A stretch of 64,000 nucleotides of DNA. Source: Candidatus Bathyarchaeia archaeon. GTDB lineage: Archaea; Thermoproteota; Bathyarchaeia; 40CM-2-53-6. A program made the translations under genes and the position numbers. The notes under the pieces are model-generated. The model was not told the DNA's origin, ran no database searches, and was given only the letters and a program-made list of their open reading frames with translations. The stretch lies in assembly GCA_050013255.1 (NCBI GenBank), contig JBEKFP010000001.1, forward strand, positions 544,001-608,000, in the 5' to 3' direction. This document shows, one piece after another, positions 29,603-38,186 of the stretch (positions within the stretch are counted from its first letter, which is position 1; every line of letters begins with the position of its first letter).

Positions 29603-29733
29603 CGTGCTCTCAACTTTTCGTGGGGTTTAACAAGTGTCAGAATATATGCTTGCGTTTACCTATTGTATATACGCCTGATATTGTATAGAGGCTTCACATA
29701 AATCCTGTAGGCTAGACGGTTCCGCTGATAAAA

Positions 29734-31314
29734 ATGAGTTCCGAACTATATACAAGAAAAAGTTCAGGGCTAGTCAGGACAGTCTCGACGTCACACGCAT
29801 TCATTGCAAACCTCGTTGGAATGGGCATACTCATCAACATATTCTGGGTTGTGTTTGCCTCAGCAGCCTACCCCGGTGCGGATTTAACGGCAACCGTATT
29901 TACTGGACTTGCAGTCAACGTTTTGGTCGCTTATGTGTACTGGATGCTTTCAACATCGATGCCAAGGACCGGGGGAGATTACGTCTGGGTCGGTAGAATC
30001 ATTCACCCCTCGATAGCATTCATGGTCAACGCTCTATTCGTCGTCTTAATGGTGACATGGGCCGGCGTATTTCCATTTTTCAATTCGGCATATAATCTGC
30101 AAATTCTCTTTACGAACCTCAGCCTTACAACTGGAAACCCCGCCTTTGCGAGTATCGCCACAGGCCTCACTGACCAAAGTACTATTTTCATTGTTTCTAT
30201 GGCAACAGTAGCACTTGTAGTTTTGACTATGCTTTTCTCCACAAAGACCATCTTTCGAATAGTCATCGCATTATTCGCCCTTCAAGCAGTCATTTACGTA
30301 ATCTTCATGGGAATGATGGTCACAACCAGTCATGCTGCTTTCGTCGCTGGATTCAACGCCAAATCGGGAACGACCGTAGACGCAATAGTGAAGGGAGGAA
30401 CAGGCATTCTCGGCTCGCCGATTACTTTTACAGCTGGGCAGACGGCGATCGGCCTGGTCTATACAATGACGAGCTACATTGGATATGCAAACAGCGCATA
30501 CTTCGCAGGGGAGATGAAGGGCGACCCGAGAAAATCACAAGGAATAGCCATATTTGCGACGCCTATCATCTTCTCAGTACTAATCTACGCGCTCTATGCC
30601 TCCTTATACAACGTCTTCGGACATGACTTCTTAGTTGCAGCCTCCGTTCTATGGGTGAATGGCAAGTCACCCTTGCCGTCAATTCCATCTCCTGCTTTTC
30701 TCATAAGCTACATTACTGGCAACCCAATACTTGCAATGTTAATTCCGCTGGCACTGGTTCTCAACAACTTCGGATTCGCCATGGTCTACTTCTTCGTTCC
30801 CACAAGAAACATTTTCGCATGGGCCTTCGACCGAGTCATCCCGACCAAGTTTGCAACAGTGGATAAACGAGGAGTTCCCATCTACGCAGTCATCGTGTAC
30901 GCACTTATCGCCTTCTTCTCGGTCTACGTCACGGTGTACACAAGTTGGTTCAACTACTTGTACTACGCGAACTTCGGTTGGTGGATTGCAGTCGCGATAG
31001 TGATGTTCGCCGCAGCAATCTTTCCATTCAGACGGAAGGACATCTTCTCAAGCTCACCGAAGATCGTCACCGCCAAAGTAGGTTCGATTCCTGTGATCAC
31101 AATAGTTGGCGTTGCCGGCATTTTCGCATCGCTATTCATATCCTACTCAACAATCCTACCGTCGTACAACGGCTTTCCCATCAATCCCCTCTACGTCGTT
31201 AGCATGGTTTTCGTCATGATAGCAGCATTGGCCATTTACACGATCTCATACTTCTACCAGAAATCCCGGAACATCCCCGTGGAATTGGCGATTAAAGAAC
31301 TCCCACCAATCTAG
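29734..31314 (+). CDS. APC family amino acid/polyamine permease
   Basis: RKSSGLVR start, MPRTGGDYVW, AYFAGE, RNIFAWAFDR, KELPP end; about 12-14 TM. Confidence 0.92.
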   Translation: MSSELYTRKSSGLVRTVSTSHAFIANLVGMGILINIFWVVFASAAYPGADLTATVFTGLAVNVLVAYVYWMLSTSMPRTGGDYVWVGRIIHPSIAFMVNALFVVLMVTWAGVFPFFNSAYNLQILFTNLSLTTGNPAFASIATGLTDQSTIFIVSMATVALVVLTMLFSTKTIFRIVIALFALQAVIYVIFMGMMVTTSHAAFVAGFNAKSGTTVDAIVKGGTGILGSPITFTAGQTAIGLVYTMTSYIGYANSAYFAGEMKGDPRKSQGIAIFATPIIFSVLIYALYASLYNVFGHDFLVAASVLWVNGKSPLPSIPSPAFLISYITGNPILAMLIPLALVLNNFGFAMVYFFVPTRNIFAWAFDRVIPTKFATVDKRGVPIYAVIVYALIAFFSVYVTVYTSWFNYLYYANFGWWIAVAIVMFAAAIFPFRRKDIFSSSPKIVTAKVGSIPVITIVGVAGIFASLFISYSTILPSYNGFPINPLYVVSMVFVMIAALAIYTISYFYQKSRNIPVELAIKELPPI

Positions 31315-31432
31315 ACCGGTTCTCCCCTTCCCATTCCCTTCCATCTTTTCTTGTTCTGCGAGTCCGCGGCTGTCATAATGTCCCTTAGTTGAATGGAATG
31401 TTGCAGCGGCCCACATCATCTTTGAACAAAGG

Positions 31433-32212
31433 CTACGGTAGAATCGCAAATACTCGCGCCGGGAAGCCGCTGCCATTCTTTGGCTTGGGAAAAGCGGCGA
31501 CAATTAGGGCGCCGAACTCGGGGACTTGATCTAGACTAGCTAGTAGCTCAATTTGATAGTGGTTTGTACTAAGAACGTATCGCTCCATAGCCATATCAGG
31601 ATCGAGAACCCCCGGAGCGTTGTCTGACGTTTCGTGACCGCAAGCTGTGATCTTTCGCTCCTCGAAAAGGTATTTCAGTACCGGCATGCTCCAGCCTGGA
31701 AAATGTTCGCCAGTTGAGTCTTGGTTCAACATCGCGTGGGGATCAGGCCACCGCTTGGACCAGTCTGTTCGTAGCGCAACGAAACAACCCTCAGGAACCT
31801 TGCCGTGCTTACTCTCCCAAACTCTGATGTCATCCATGGCGACTGCGTAGTCCGCCTTCTTTGCGGCCTTCTCATGAATGTCAATAACGACTAAAGGCAG
31901 AACCATTTCCTTTACGTCAATTTGATCCAATGTTCTGGTACCTCTCACGAAGTGAGCAGGCGCATCAGCATGAGTACCCCACTGTCCCACATGTGAGTAG
32001 CGATGGATCCAGATTCCGGAACCAACGCTACCGACACCTTCATCGTAATAGTAAAGAGTCTCACGTTCCTCATCCGGAAAACCATGCCAGTGAGGAATCC
32101 CAGGGGCAAAAGAATGTGTCAGGTCAACCCATCGCTTCGTTTTCAGAAGCTCGTAGACATCTAGAAGGCTCGAACTCTTCGTGGTTGCAGCACCTTCAGT
32201 GAACACAGGCAA
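31433..32212 (-). CDS. Cyclase family metallohydrolase
   Basis: VDLTH, GQWGTHADAPAHF, GHET, QIELL, GSGFPARVFA. Confidence 0.92.
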   Translation of the reverse strand: MPVFTEGAATTKSSSLLDVYELLKTKRWVDLTHSFAPGIPHWHGFPDEERETLYYYDEGVGSVGSGIWIHRYSHVGQWGTHADAPAHFVRGTRTLDQIDVKEMVLPLVVIDIHEKAAKKADYAVAMDDIRVWESKHGKVPEGCFVALRTDWSKRWPDPHAMLNQDSTGEHFPGWSMPVLKYLFEERKITACGHETSDNAPGVLDPDMAMERYVLSTNHYQIELLASLDQVPEFGALIVAAFPKPKNGSGFPARVFAILP

Positions 32213-32590
32213 CTCCCGCCCGTTCGTTTGCTCGCTCGATATGAATCTTATTCAAGACCTGTTCGAAAACGGCTGTGATGTATTCTTTATCTCGAACTCC
32301 AATTGAACCATCTCATCGTTGAATCAGCATAGGGCTTCCGGCGATCTCTTCCCTCAACAACCTGTCAGGTTCTGCTAGGGAACGCCACATCACCTTCTGC
32401 AATTGCATGGTATACTCGATTTTTGCGAACGGACAGAATAAAACTTGGCAATGGTGAGAAAGTTCAATTACGAATGAACTCTTGGAAGGCTTGCTCAAGC
32501 CGCGCTCCTTTGTGAGGTAGATTCTGGTCGGTAGAGATATGAACATGGAAAGTGGTTTAACAATGGTAAAGCTACCTCCTTGGTGACTTA

Positions 32591-33421
32591 ATGTCCGGCA
32601 CCCAATTCGTTAAAATGAATGAGGAAGAGTTCGTCAAGGAGGCGGTTGGGATTGTGGAAAAAGCTCAGTCGCATGGAGTCTATCTTAGGATTCTGGGTTC
32701 ACTTGCAACTTACATCTGCTCGCTGAACAATGGCTACGCCAACTTGTTCAAATCCCTTGAAAGGTTTGGAGAGGGAAAACCGCTCTTTACAGACTTAGAT
32801 CTTGCAGGGTATAGCAAACAGAGTGGTGCGATTAACAAGTTTTTCCACGAGTTGAGTTTCAGGCCAGATACTATGGTCAATGGCATGTTCGGACATAAGA
32901 GGTTAATACACTACCATCCCCAGAACAAGTACCATGTCGACGTGTTCTTGAACAAACTAGAATTCAGCCACGATGTTGAATTCGGCGAAAAGCCTGGCTC
33001 GGGAAGATTAGAGCTCGATTGGCCCACGATCACTGCCACTGACATCGTATTGGAGAAACTGCAAATTCACCAGATTAACCGAAAGGATCTGATTGATTTA
33101 ATCACGCTTCTCATGGCTCACGACGTTCACGAAAGGTTTGACAAGAACACTATAGACGGATCATACATAACGAAGATACTCTCGGACGATTGGGGATTCT
33201 GGCAAGATGCAACCACAAACTTCGGCAAAATGAAGATGCTAATGGAAGAGCTAACCGCGAATAACAAACTAACAACCGAACAAAGTCAGACGATTGCACA
33301 AAGAACAAACAAACTTCTCGGCATGGTCACGAACAGCCCCAAGACAAAGCATTGGGAGAAACGGGCAAAGACCGGCACAAAGAAGCTGTGGTATCGTGAA
33401 GTTGAAGATATCGTACGTTAG
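32591..33421 (+). CDS. Uncharacterised nucleotidyltransferase-fold protein
   Basis: LRILGSLA (hGS), TDLDLA (DxD) and third Asp in HVDVF; KLQI, KDLID, DWGF, WYREVE. Confidence 0.7.
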   Translation: MSGTQFVKMNEEEFVKEAVGIVEKAQSHGVYLRILGSLATYICSLNNGYANLFKSLERFGEGKPLFTDLDLAGYSKQSGAINKFFHELSFRPDTMVNGMFGHKRLIHYHPQNKYHVDVFLNKLEFSHDVEFGEKPGSGRLELDWPTITATDIVLEKLQIHQINRKDLIDLITLLMAHDVHERFDKNTIDGSYITKILSDDWGFWQDATTNFGKMKMLMEELTANNKLTTEQSQTIAQRTNKLLGMVTNSPKTKHWEKRAKTGTKKLWYREVEDIVR

Positions 33422-33516
33422 ATAATGAAAACGTCATAGTCACTATCGTGAGCATGAAACAGGAAGGGAGAAGTTGTGACAAGCGATCCCTTCTATGATC
33501 GGAAACCGGGCGAGAC

Positions 33517-34053
33517 TTACTCTTCGCTTGCTATCTGGGTTCTAACGCAGATACACTCGTCTTGGTAGCGTCCACAATTCGGACATCGCGGTCTACCAGT
33601 CAATGCTTCAATGCGTGGGTTGTTGATGAGCCCTTGGACTTCTTCCGGTAGATTAGGTTCGTAGAAGATTCGAAGAACCCAACGGGTAAGGTCCTTTTCG
33701 GTGACAATGCCAACCAGTTTGTCATTGTCTACCACCGGAAGTCGCCTCACCCCTAGCTTGAGCATGAGTTCGAAAGTACGCCAAATTTCCATGTTCGGTG
33801 TAGTTGTTTGCAGCGGTCTAGACATGAGGCTGCGCGCTGGAAGCCTGAGCAGGCTGTCTCCCCGTAGTGCGGCTCTAGTTATGTCGCGTTCAGTGATGAT
33901 TCCAACGGGTTTCTGTTTGTCCACAACGATTATGCTTCCAATATCGAATTTGACCATGAGCCGCAGCGCTTCTTCTACGCGCTCGCTGATATCCACCGTG
34001 ACGACCTTGGTCGTCATGATTTCAGAAAGAAACGCATGTTCTGGCTTGCTCAT
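33517..34053 (-). CDS. CBS-pair protein with C-terminal Cys cluster
   Basis: GIITERD, RRLPVV, GIVTEKD; tail CPNC..CIC; start ATG 34053. Confidence 0.9.
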   Translation of the reverse strand: MSKPEHAFLSEIMTTKVVTVDISERVEEALRLMVKFDIGSIIVVDKQKPVGIITERDITRAALRGDSLLRLPARSLMSRPLQTTTPNMEIWRTFELMLKLGVRRLPVVDNDKLVGIVTEKDLTRWVLRIFYEPNLPEEVQGLINNPRIEALTGRPRCPNCGRYQDECICVRTQIASEE

Positions 34054-34202
34054 TGAAATCAAGAGAAATTTCTTAGGTGGCCGTATAATAGACGAGTCAA
34101 CAATTTCCAACTATGAGAACTGAGGTCGGTTTGAATAGCTGTTTTGCCAATGCATTCTTCACGATTCCCAAGCAAACTCGTTAGGACCCCAGGTAGTTTT
34201 CC

Positions 34203-35246
34203 TTGGACCTAAGCCTCTATAAAACGGTCGTCAAGCCGGCCCTATTTCTGACGCCCCCCGAAACGGCTCACGGTATTGCTAAATGGTTCTTCAAACGGCC
34301 ACTGCTCTGGAATACGTTGAGTTGGCACTTACGCATTCAAGATGATCGGCTGCACGTAAGAGTTGGAAAACTCGACCTCCCTAACCCCGTGGGACTCGCC
34401 GCGGGTTTCGACAAGAACTGCGAGATGTCCGCGGCACTGTTTAACATGGGGTTCGGATTTCTCACATTGGGTACTGTTACCCTGAATCCTCGAGAAGGTA
34501 ACCCGAAACCTAGAATGTGGCGATACCCTCAGCGGTCGCTCGTAAACTCAATGGGGTTACCGAACGAAGGAGCGCACAAGATAGCGGTCACCCTGTCCAA
34601 GTGCAAACGCAGCCCGGGGCCGATAATTGTTAGTATCTCCGGGCTTAGCATCGACGAGTTTGTCGAATGTTATCGTGAACTGGAACCTCGGGCAGATGCC
34701 GTTGAGTTGAACATTAGTACTCCAAATACGGTTGGCGTAAGGATCTTCCAAGAACCTGATGTACTCACGAAACTGCTCAGTGCGGTTAGTAAGGTGAGAA
34801 ATGTTGGGAAACAGGTTTGGGTCAAGATTCCACCCTACTTCGATGTTAGACAACGGGAGAACGTTCACAACCTCGTGGACGCGTGTGTGAAGGCTTCTAT
34901 CGACGGGCTCACCGCAACTAACTCGAAACTCATCGACGAGCCTCGGGCCAGCATTGGGACAGGTGGGCTTAGTGGCCCATTAATCTTCCAAGACATGCTC
35001 AGAATAGTCACGGACGTTTACAATCACACTGGCGGAAAGGTCCCCATCAGCGCCTGCGGTGGCATATCCTCAGGCCTTGACGCCTGGCGGGCCTTGAAAG
35101 CAGGTGCATCTTCAGTCCAACTGTACACAGGGCTGATCTATGAGGGGCCTGGCGTCGTCTCAAGAATCAATCGAGACATACTCCGAATGCTTGAGAGCTC
35201 GAAGCTGAATTCGCTCAGCGAAGTAACAGGATCCGGCTTACGCTGA
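34203..35246 (+). CDS. pyrD: Dihydroorotate dehydrogenase (quinone-dependent, class 2-like)
   Basis: GLAAGFDKN, GNPKPR, NSMGLPN, ELNISTPN, GGLSG, VQLYTG..YEGP. Confidence 0.94.
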   Translation: MDLSLYKTVVKPALFLTPPETAHGIAKWFFKRPLLWNTLSWHLRIQDDRLHVRVGKLDLPNPVGLAAGFDKNCEMSAALFNMGFGFLTLGTVTLNPREGNPKPRMWRYPQRSLVNSMGLPNEGAHKIAVTLSKCKRSPGPIIVSISGLSIDEFVECYRELEPRADAVELNISTPNTVGVRIFQEPDVLTKLLSAVSKVRNVGKQVWVKIPPYFDVRQRENVHNLVDACVKASIDGLTATNSKLIDEPRASIGTGGLSGPLIFQDMLRIVTDVYNHTGGKVPISACGGISSGLDAWRALKAGASSVQLYTGLIYEGPGVVSRINRDILRMLESSKLNSLSEVTGSGLR

Positions 35247-35315
35247 AACTCAAAGAAAGAAATCATTCGCAAAGCCTTACTTAAGACGGTATGTCCCTCC
35301 CCACGATGATCATCG

Positions 35316-35912
35316 TTGCCACCCATTAACGGATCACTAAGTCCAGAATGGTACGCTGAAGACTTTGTGAAGCAACTTCACCTTGACGATGAAGTAGAGC
35401 AGAGATGTGAGTGGTCCTGCATCCTCTGGTCCAAGGACTACTGGGCTGCCAAGGCCCAGAAGACCCAGATAACATTGCAACAGATCAAAGACCCCCTCAC
35501 AAAGTCTACAAGGACTGAGAAGACCTACAGTCCGCTTTTCCTGGATTCTCAATTTGCGAACACCATAGCGCAGGTCTACGCGAAACTCTTTGGCACCGAG
35601 CAATCCTGCAGCGTGAAAATTTTCACTAATTGTCCCTTCATGGGACAACGCCAAGACTTGCTTAAGAGAGGTACCTTGGCCGGGGTTTTTGCTACGATCC
35701 TTCACAAAGCCACATCATACGCGATGCTTGAACGGCATCCACTAGATAGCGGCCTCATACACGAGGAGTATAGGGATGTTTATGGAATCGACCTGACCAA
35801 CTTCAAGGACTTGGAGAACTCCCTGAAGGATGGCAGGTTCGGAAAATTGTATGAGAACGTGGTGAAGAAAGCCAGAGAGCTGGCAGGAATACCTCAAGAG
35901 CCTGCCATTTGA
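35316..35912 (+). CDS. Hypothetical soluble protein
   Basis: 198-aa open frame with protein-like composition, CEWSC and two further Cys; family not recognised. Confidence 0.7.
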   Translation: MPPINGSLSPEWYAEDFVKQLHLDDEVEQRCEWSCILWSKDYWAAKAQKTQITLQQIKDPLTKSTRTEKTYSPLFLDSQFANTIAQVYAKLFGTEQSCSVKIFTNCPFMGQRQDLLKRGTLAGVFATILHKATSYAMLERHPLDSGLIHEEYRDVYGIDLTNFKDLENSLKDGRFGKLYENVVKKARELAGIPQEPAI

Positions 35913-35926
35913 TAGCCACGGGAAAT

Positions 35927-36211
35927 CTATTCCTTAACTCCGTAGATGGAATATACCAAGATCAATAGACCTACAGCAACAACTGAATTTTCTAAGGCGT
36001 GAGCCAGAATTAGCTGGTAACCAAGCACCTCCACAATAAATTCCTCGATTAGAGAGCCCACGAGAATGACCATGAACCCGATCGACATAGCGAGCATAGA
36101 TTTGCTCTTGTTCCTGCGGTAAGCTCTCATGCTAACGTAAACCAGCACACCCCCGAGAGCGACAATAGCGGCCTCACTAGATAGAAGTACCAGATCGTCG
36201 AAACCGATCAT
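35927..36211 (-). CDS. Small three-TM membrane protein partnered with wHTH, copy 2
   Basis: SMRAYRRN...IGF..I..G...E...YSIY; ATGA overlap with the wHTH stop. Confidence 0.82.
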   Translation of the reverse strand: MIGFDDLVLLSSEAAIVALGGVLVYVSMRAYRRNKSKSMLAMSIGFMVILVGSLIEEFIVEVLGYQLILAHALENSVVAVGLLILVYSIYGVKE

Positions 36212-36570
36212 TTCTCCGCCCTCATGGAACTCCACAGCCTAGTTAACTTGTTCACGACATCTTCGTTAAATGAAACGGTTAGCTCAACCTCTCCTGATTT
36301 GTACTCGGCGCGCATGTCCGTCACTGTGTTCCTATAGAGACCGAATTTTTTGCCGTCATTCGTGATGACTGTTCGTTCAACAGTAAGAAGACGGGCGTCG
36401 ACGAGCTCATTTATTCGCCGATACACGCTGCTCGGAGGCAAGGCACATTGATGGATGATCTCCATTGCTGAGCAAGGCTTCTCGGTAGTACTTCTTAGGA
36501 TTGCCAATGCACAATCATCCGCCATCGCCTGCAAGATTGTTTTCTTAAGGGCCGTATCCTGAATAAGCAA
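36208..36570 (-). CDS. Winged-HTH (ArsR-like) regulator, copy 2
   Basis: ILQAMADD...SAMEI...LPPSSVYRRINEL...DGKKF...LTRLWSS; paralog of 20955..21314. Confidence 0.88.
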   Translation of the reverse strand: MLIQDTALKKTILQAMADDCALAILRSTTEKPCSAMEIIHQCALPPSSVYRRINELVDARLLTVERTVITNDGKKFGLYRNTVTDMRAEYKSGEVELTVSFNEDVVNKLTRLWSSMRAEK

Positions 36571-36577
36571 GGTAGAC

Positions 36578-36597
36578 GATTCCCAAACTTTGGAATC
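36578..36597. promoter_or_regulatory. Inverted repeat in divergent promoter; candidate wHTH operator
   Basis: GATTCC-CAAACTTT-GGAATC between the wHTH start and the TTTAAG TATA (36621-36626) of the respiratory operon. Confidence 0.5.
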
Positions 36598-36675
36598 AGA
36601 TTTGATAGGCGTCTTCCTGATTTAAGTGTGCGCGCTCCACCCCCATCCCACTCATCCGCTCTGAGAGGCATCGGA

Positions 36676-37320
36676 TTGAAGAATGGATTTGTCGCGATCC
36701 TGCTTGTCCTAATACTGTTGATAGGGCTCGCTGCGGGTTGGCTTGGCGGGAGCATAGGCCTGGTAGGCAAGAACCTGTACTCCAACCAAAGTCAGACTGC
36801 CTCCGTAACTCCACCCGCAACGCTTGACACTACTAAAGTTGTCAATCTTGTTGTCATTCCGGATTGGGGAGGAACAGGCTATGACGCGTTTGTGGTTTCC
36901 ACGTCCGTCAATGGCACAGCTCCCGAACTCGCGACGAATGCGAGTGGCCCAGGACCTAACGACAATAACATAACCATCCACGCGGGCGTCTCAGTCACTT
37001 TTGTAATAACCAACATAGACACCGCAGTCCTCCTGAACTTCACGGGCCCCGCATCAACAGACTTCACTGTTTACAATGATACTGAGAACGGTCAAGTAGC
37101 GTCGCACTATAGTGCCGGGCAGTCGGTCTCCAGCCTTCCAATAAGCCACACATTCACAATCCAGAGCCTTAACGTCAACATCCCGATTCCTCCGGACACA
37201 GTTGTCACCTTCACCTACACGTTCGTCACACCGGGTGTCTACAAATACTTCTGCGAAACCCCTTGTGGACCGGGGATGGACCTTGCAGGATACATGATTG
37301 GATATCTAATTGTCACTTGA
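36676..37320 (+). CDS. Membrane-anchored cupredoxin (CuA/CoxB-like domain)
   Basis: N-terminal TM; SHTF...PGVYKYFCETPCGPGMDLAGYMIG; TTG 36676 follows a GAGG RBS. Confidence 0.8.
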   Translation: MKNGFVAILLVLILLIGLAAGWLGGSIGLVGKNLYSNQSQTASVTPPATLDTTKVVNLVVIPDWGGTGYDAFVVSTSVNGTAPELATNASGPGPNDNNITIHAGVSVTFVITNIDTAVLLNFTGPASTDFTVYNDTENGQVASHYSAGQSVSSLPISHTFTIQSLNVNIPIPPDTVVTFTYTFVTPGVYKYFCETPCGPGMDLAGYMIGYLIVT

Positions 37321-37373
37321 CTGGAATGAACCCATTGAATTATGATAATGCTCTCAAATTGCTTTGAGGGAAC

Positions 37374-38186
37374 TTGATGTCAAGACGACCACGAATTGAA
37401 CGTAGACAACTCCTGAAGGGCACGGCGGTCGCTACAGCTGGCCTGGTATTTTCTTCCCTCGTGAAAGGGTTGGAGCCCGTAAGTTCACAAACGTTAGAAA
37501 ATGCTTCTGCAATGAAAGGCTCAGCAAGACGATACGTCTTCGTTATCGACCTAGACAAATGTGACGGATGCAGGAAATGTACTGAGGGTTGTCACGCGGA
37601 GATGCATGTACCACCTGCCTGGGGAGATCCGAATTATGAGGGCAAGCAGCCTTGGATACAAGTCTTCGATTTCGCTGATGGGACCCATATGCCTGTTCCT
37701 TGTCAGAACTGTCAGAATTCACCCTGCACGAAAGTCTGCCCCGTCGGGGCGACTTACTACAGCGAAGACAACATCGTGCTGATAGACCAGAATAGATGCA
37801 TAGGCTGCAGAATATGCCTAGCATCATGTCCCTATGAGCGCAGATTCTTCAACTGGTACGACCCTCCAGTCACCGAAGAGGAGAAGAAGATACCGTATTC
37901 GCCTGACTACAACATCCCTCATAGGAGAGGTGTTGCCGAAAAATGCGTCTGGTGCAGACACAGAACTAAGATGGGTATGGTGCCTGCCTGCGTCGAAGCC
38001 TGCACAAGAGCAGGTATGAAGGCACTTTGGTTCGGCGATGCGGCTCAGGATGTGGTGTCCAATGGTGTAGATACGGCTAGGTTGAGTACTATGATTCAAG
38101 GGAGAGGCGCTTACCGGTTCAAGGATGAGTTGGGGACGAGCCCAAGTGTCCTATACCTTCCGCCCAGAGGAGGTACAATTACGTGA
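37374..38186 (+). CDS. Tat-exported 4x[4Fe-4S] protein (NrfC/DmsB/QrcC family)
   Basis: ERRQLLK Tat motif; CDGCRKCTEGC, CQNCQNSPCTKVCP, CIGCRICLASCP, CVWC..CVEAC. Confidence 0.93.
   Translation: MMSRRPRIERRQLLKGTAVATAGLVFSSLVKGLEPVSSQTLENASAMKGSARRYVFVIDLDKCDGCRKCTEGCHAEMHVPPAWGDPNYEGKQPWIQVFDFADGTHMPVPCQNCQNSPCTKVCPVGATYYSEDNIVLIDQNRCIGCRICLASCPYERRFFNWYDPPVTEEEKKIPYSPDYNIPHRRGVAEKCVWCRHRTKMGMVPACVEACTRAGMKALWFGDAAQDVVSNGVDTARLSTMIQGRGAYRFKDELGTSPSVLYLPPRGGTIT

Noticed and set aside
37374-38186. c-type heme motif in the Fe-S protein (CTEGCH, CVWCRH)
   Set aside because: Spacing is not CxxCH and these Cys belong to the Fe-S cluster motifs.
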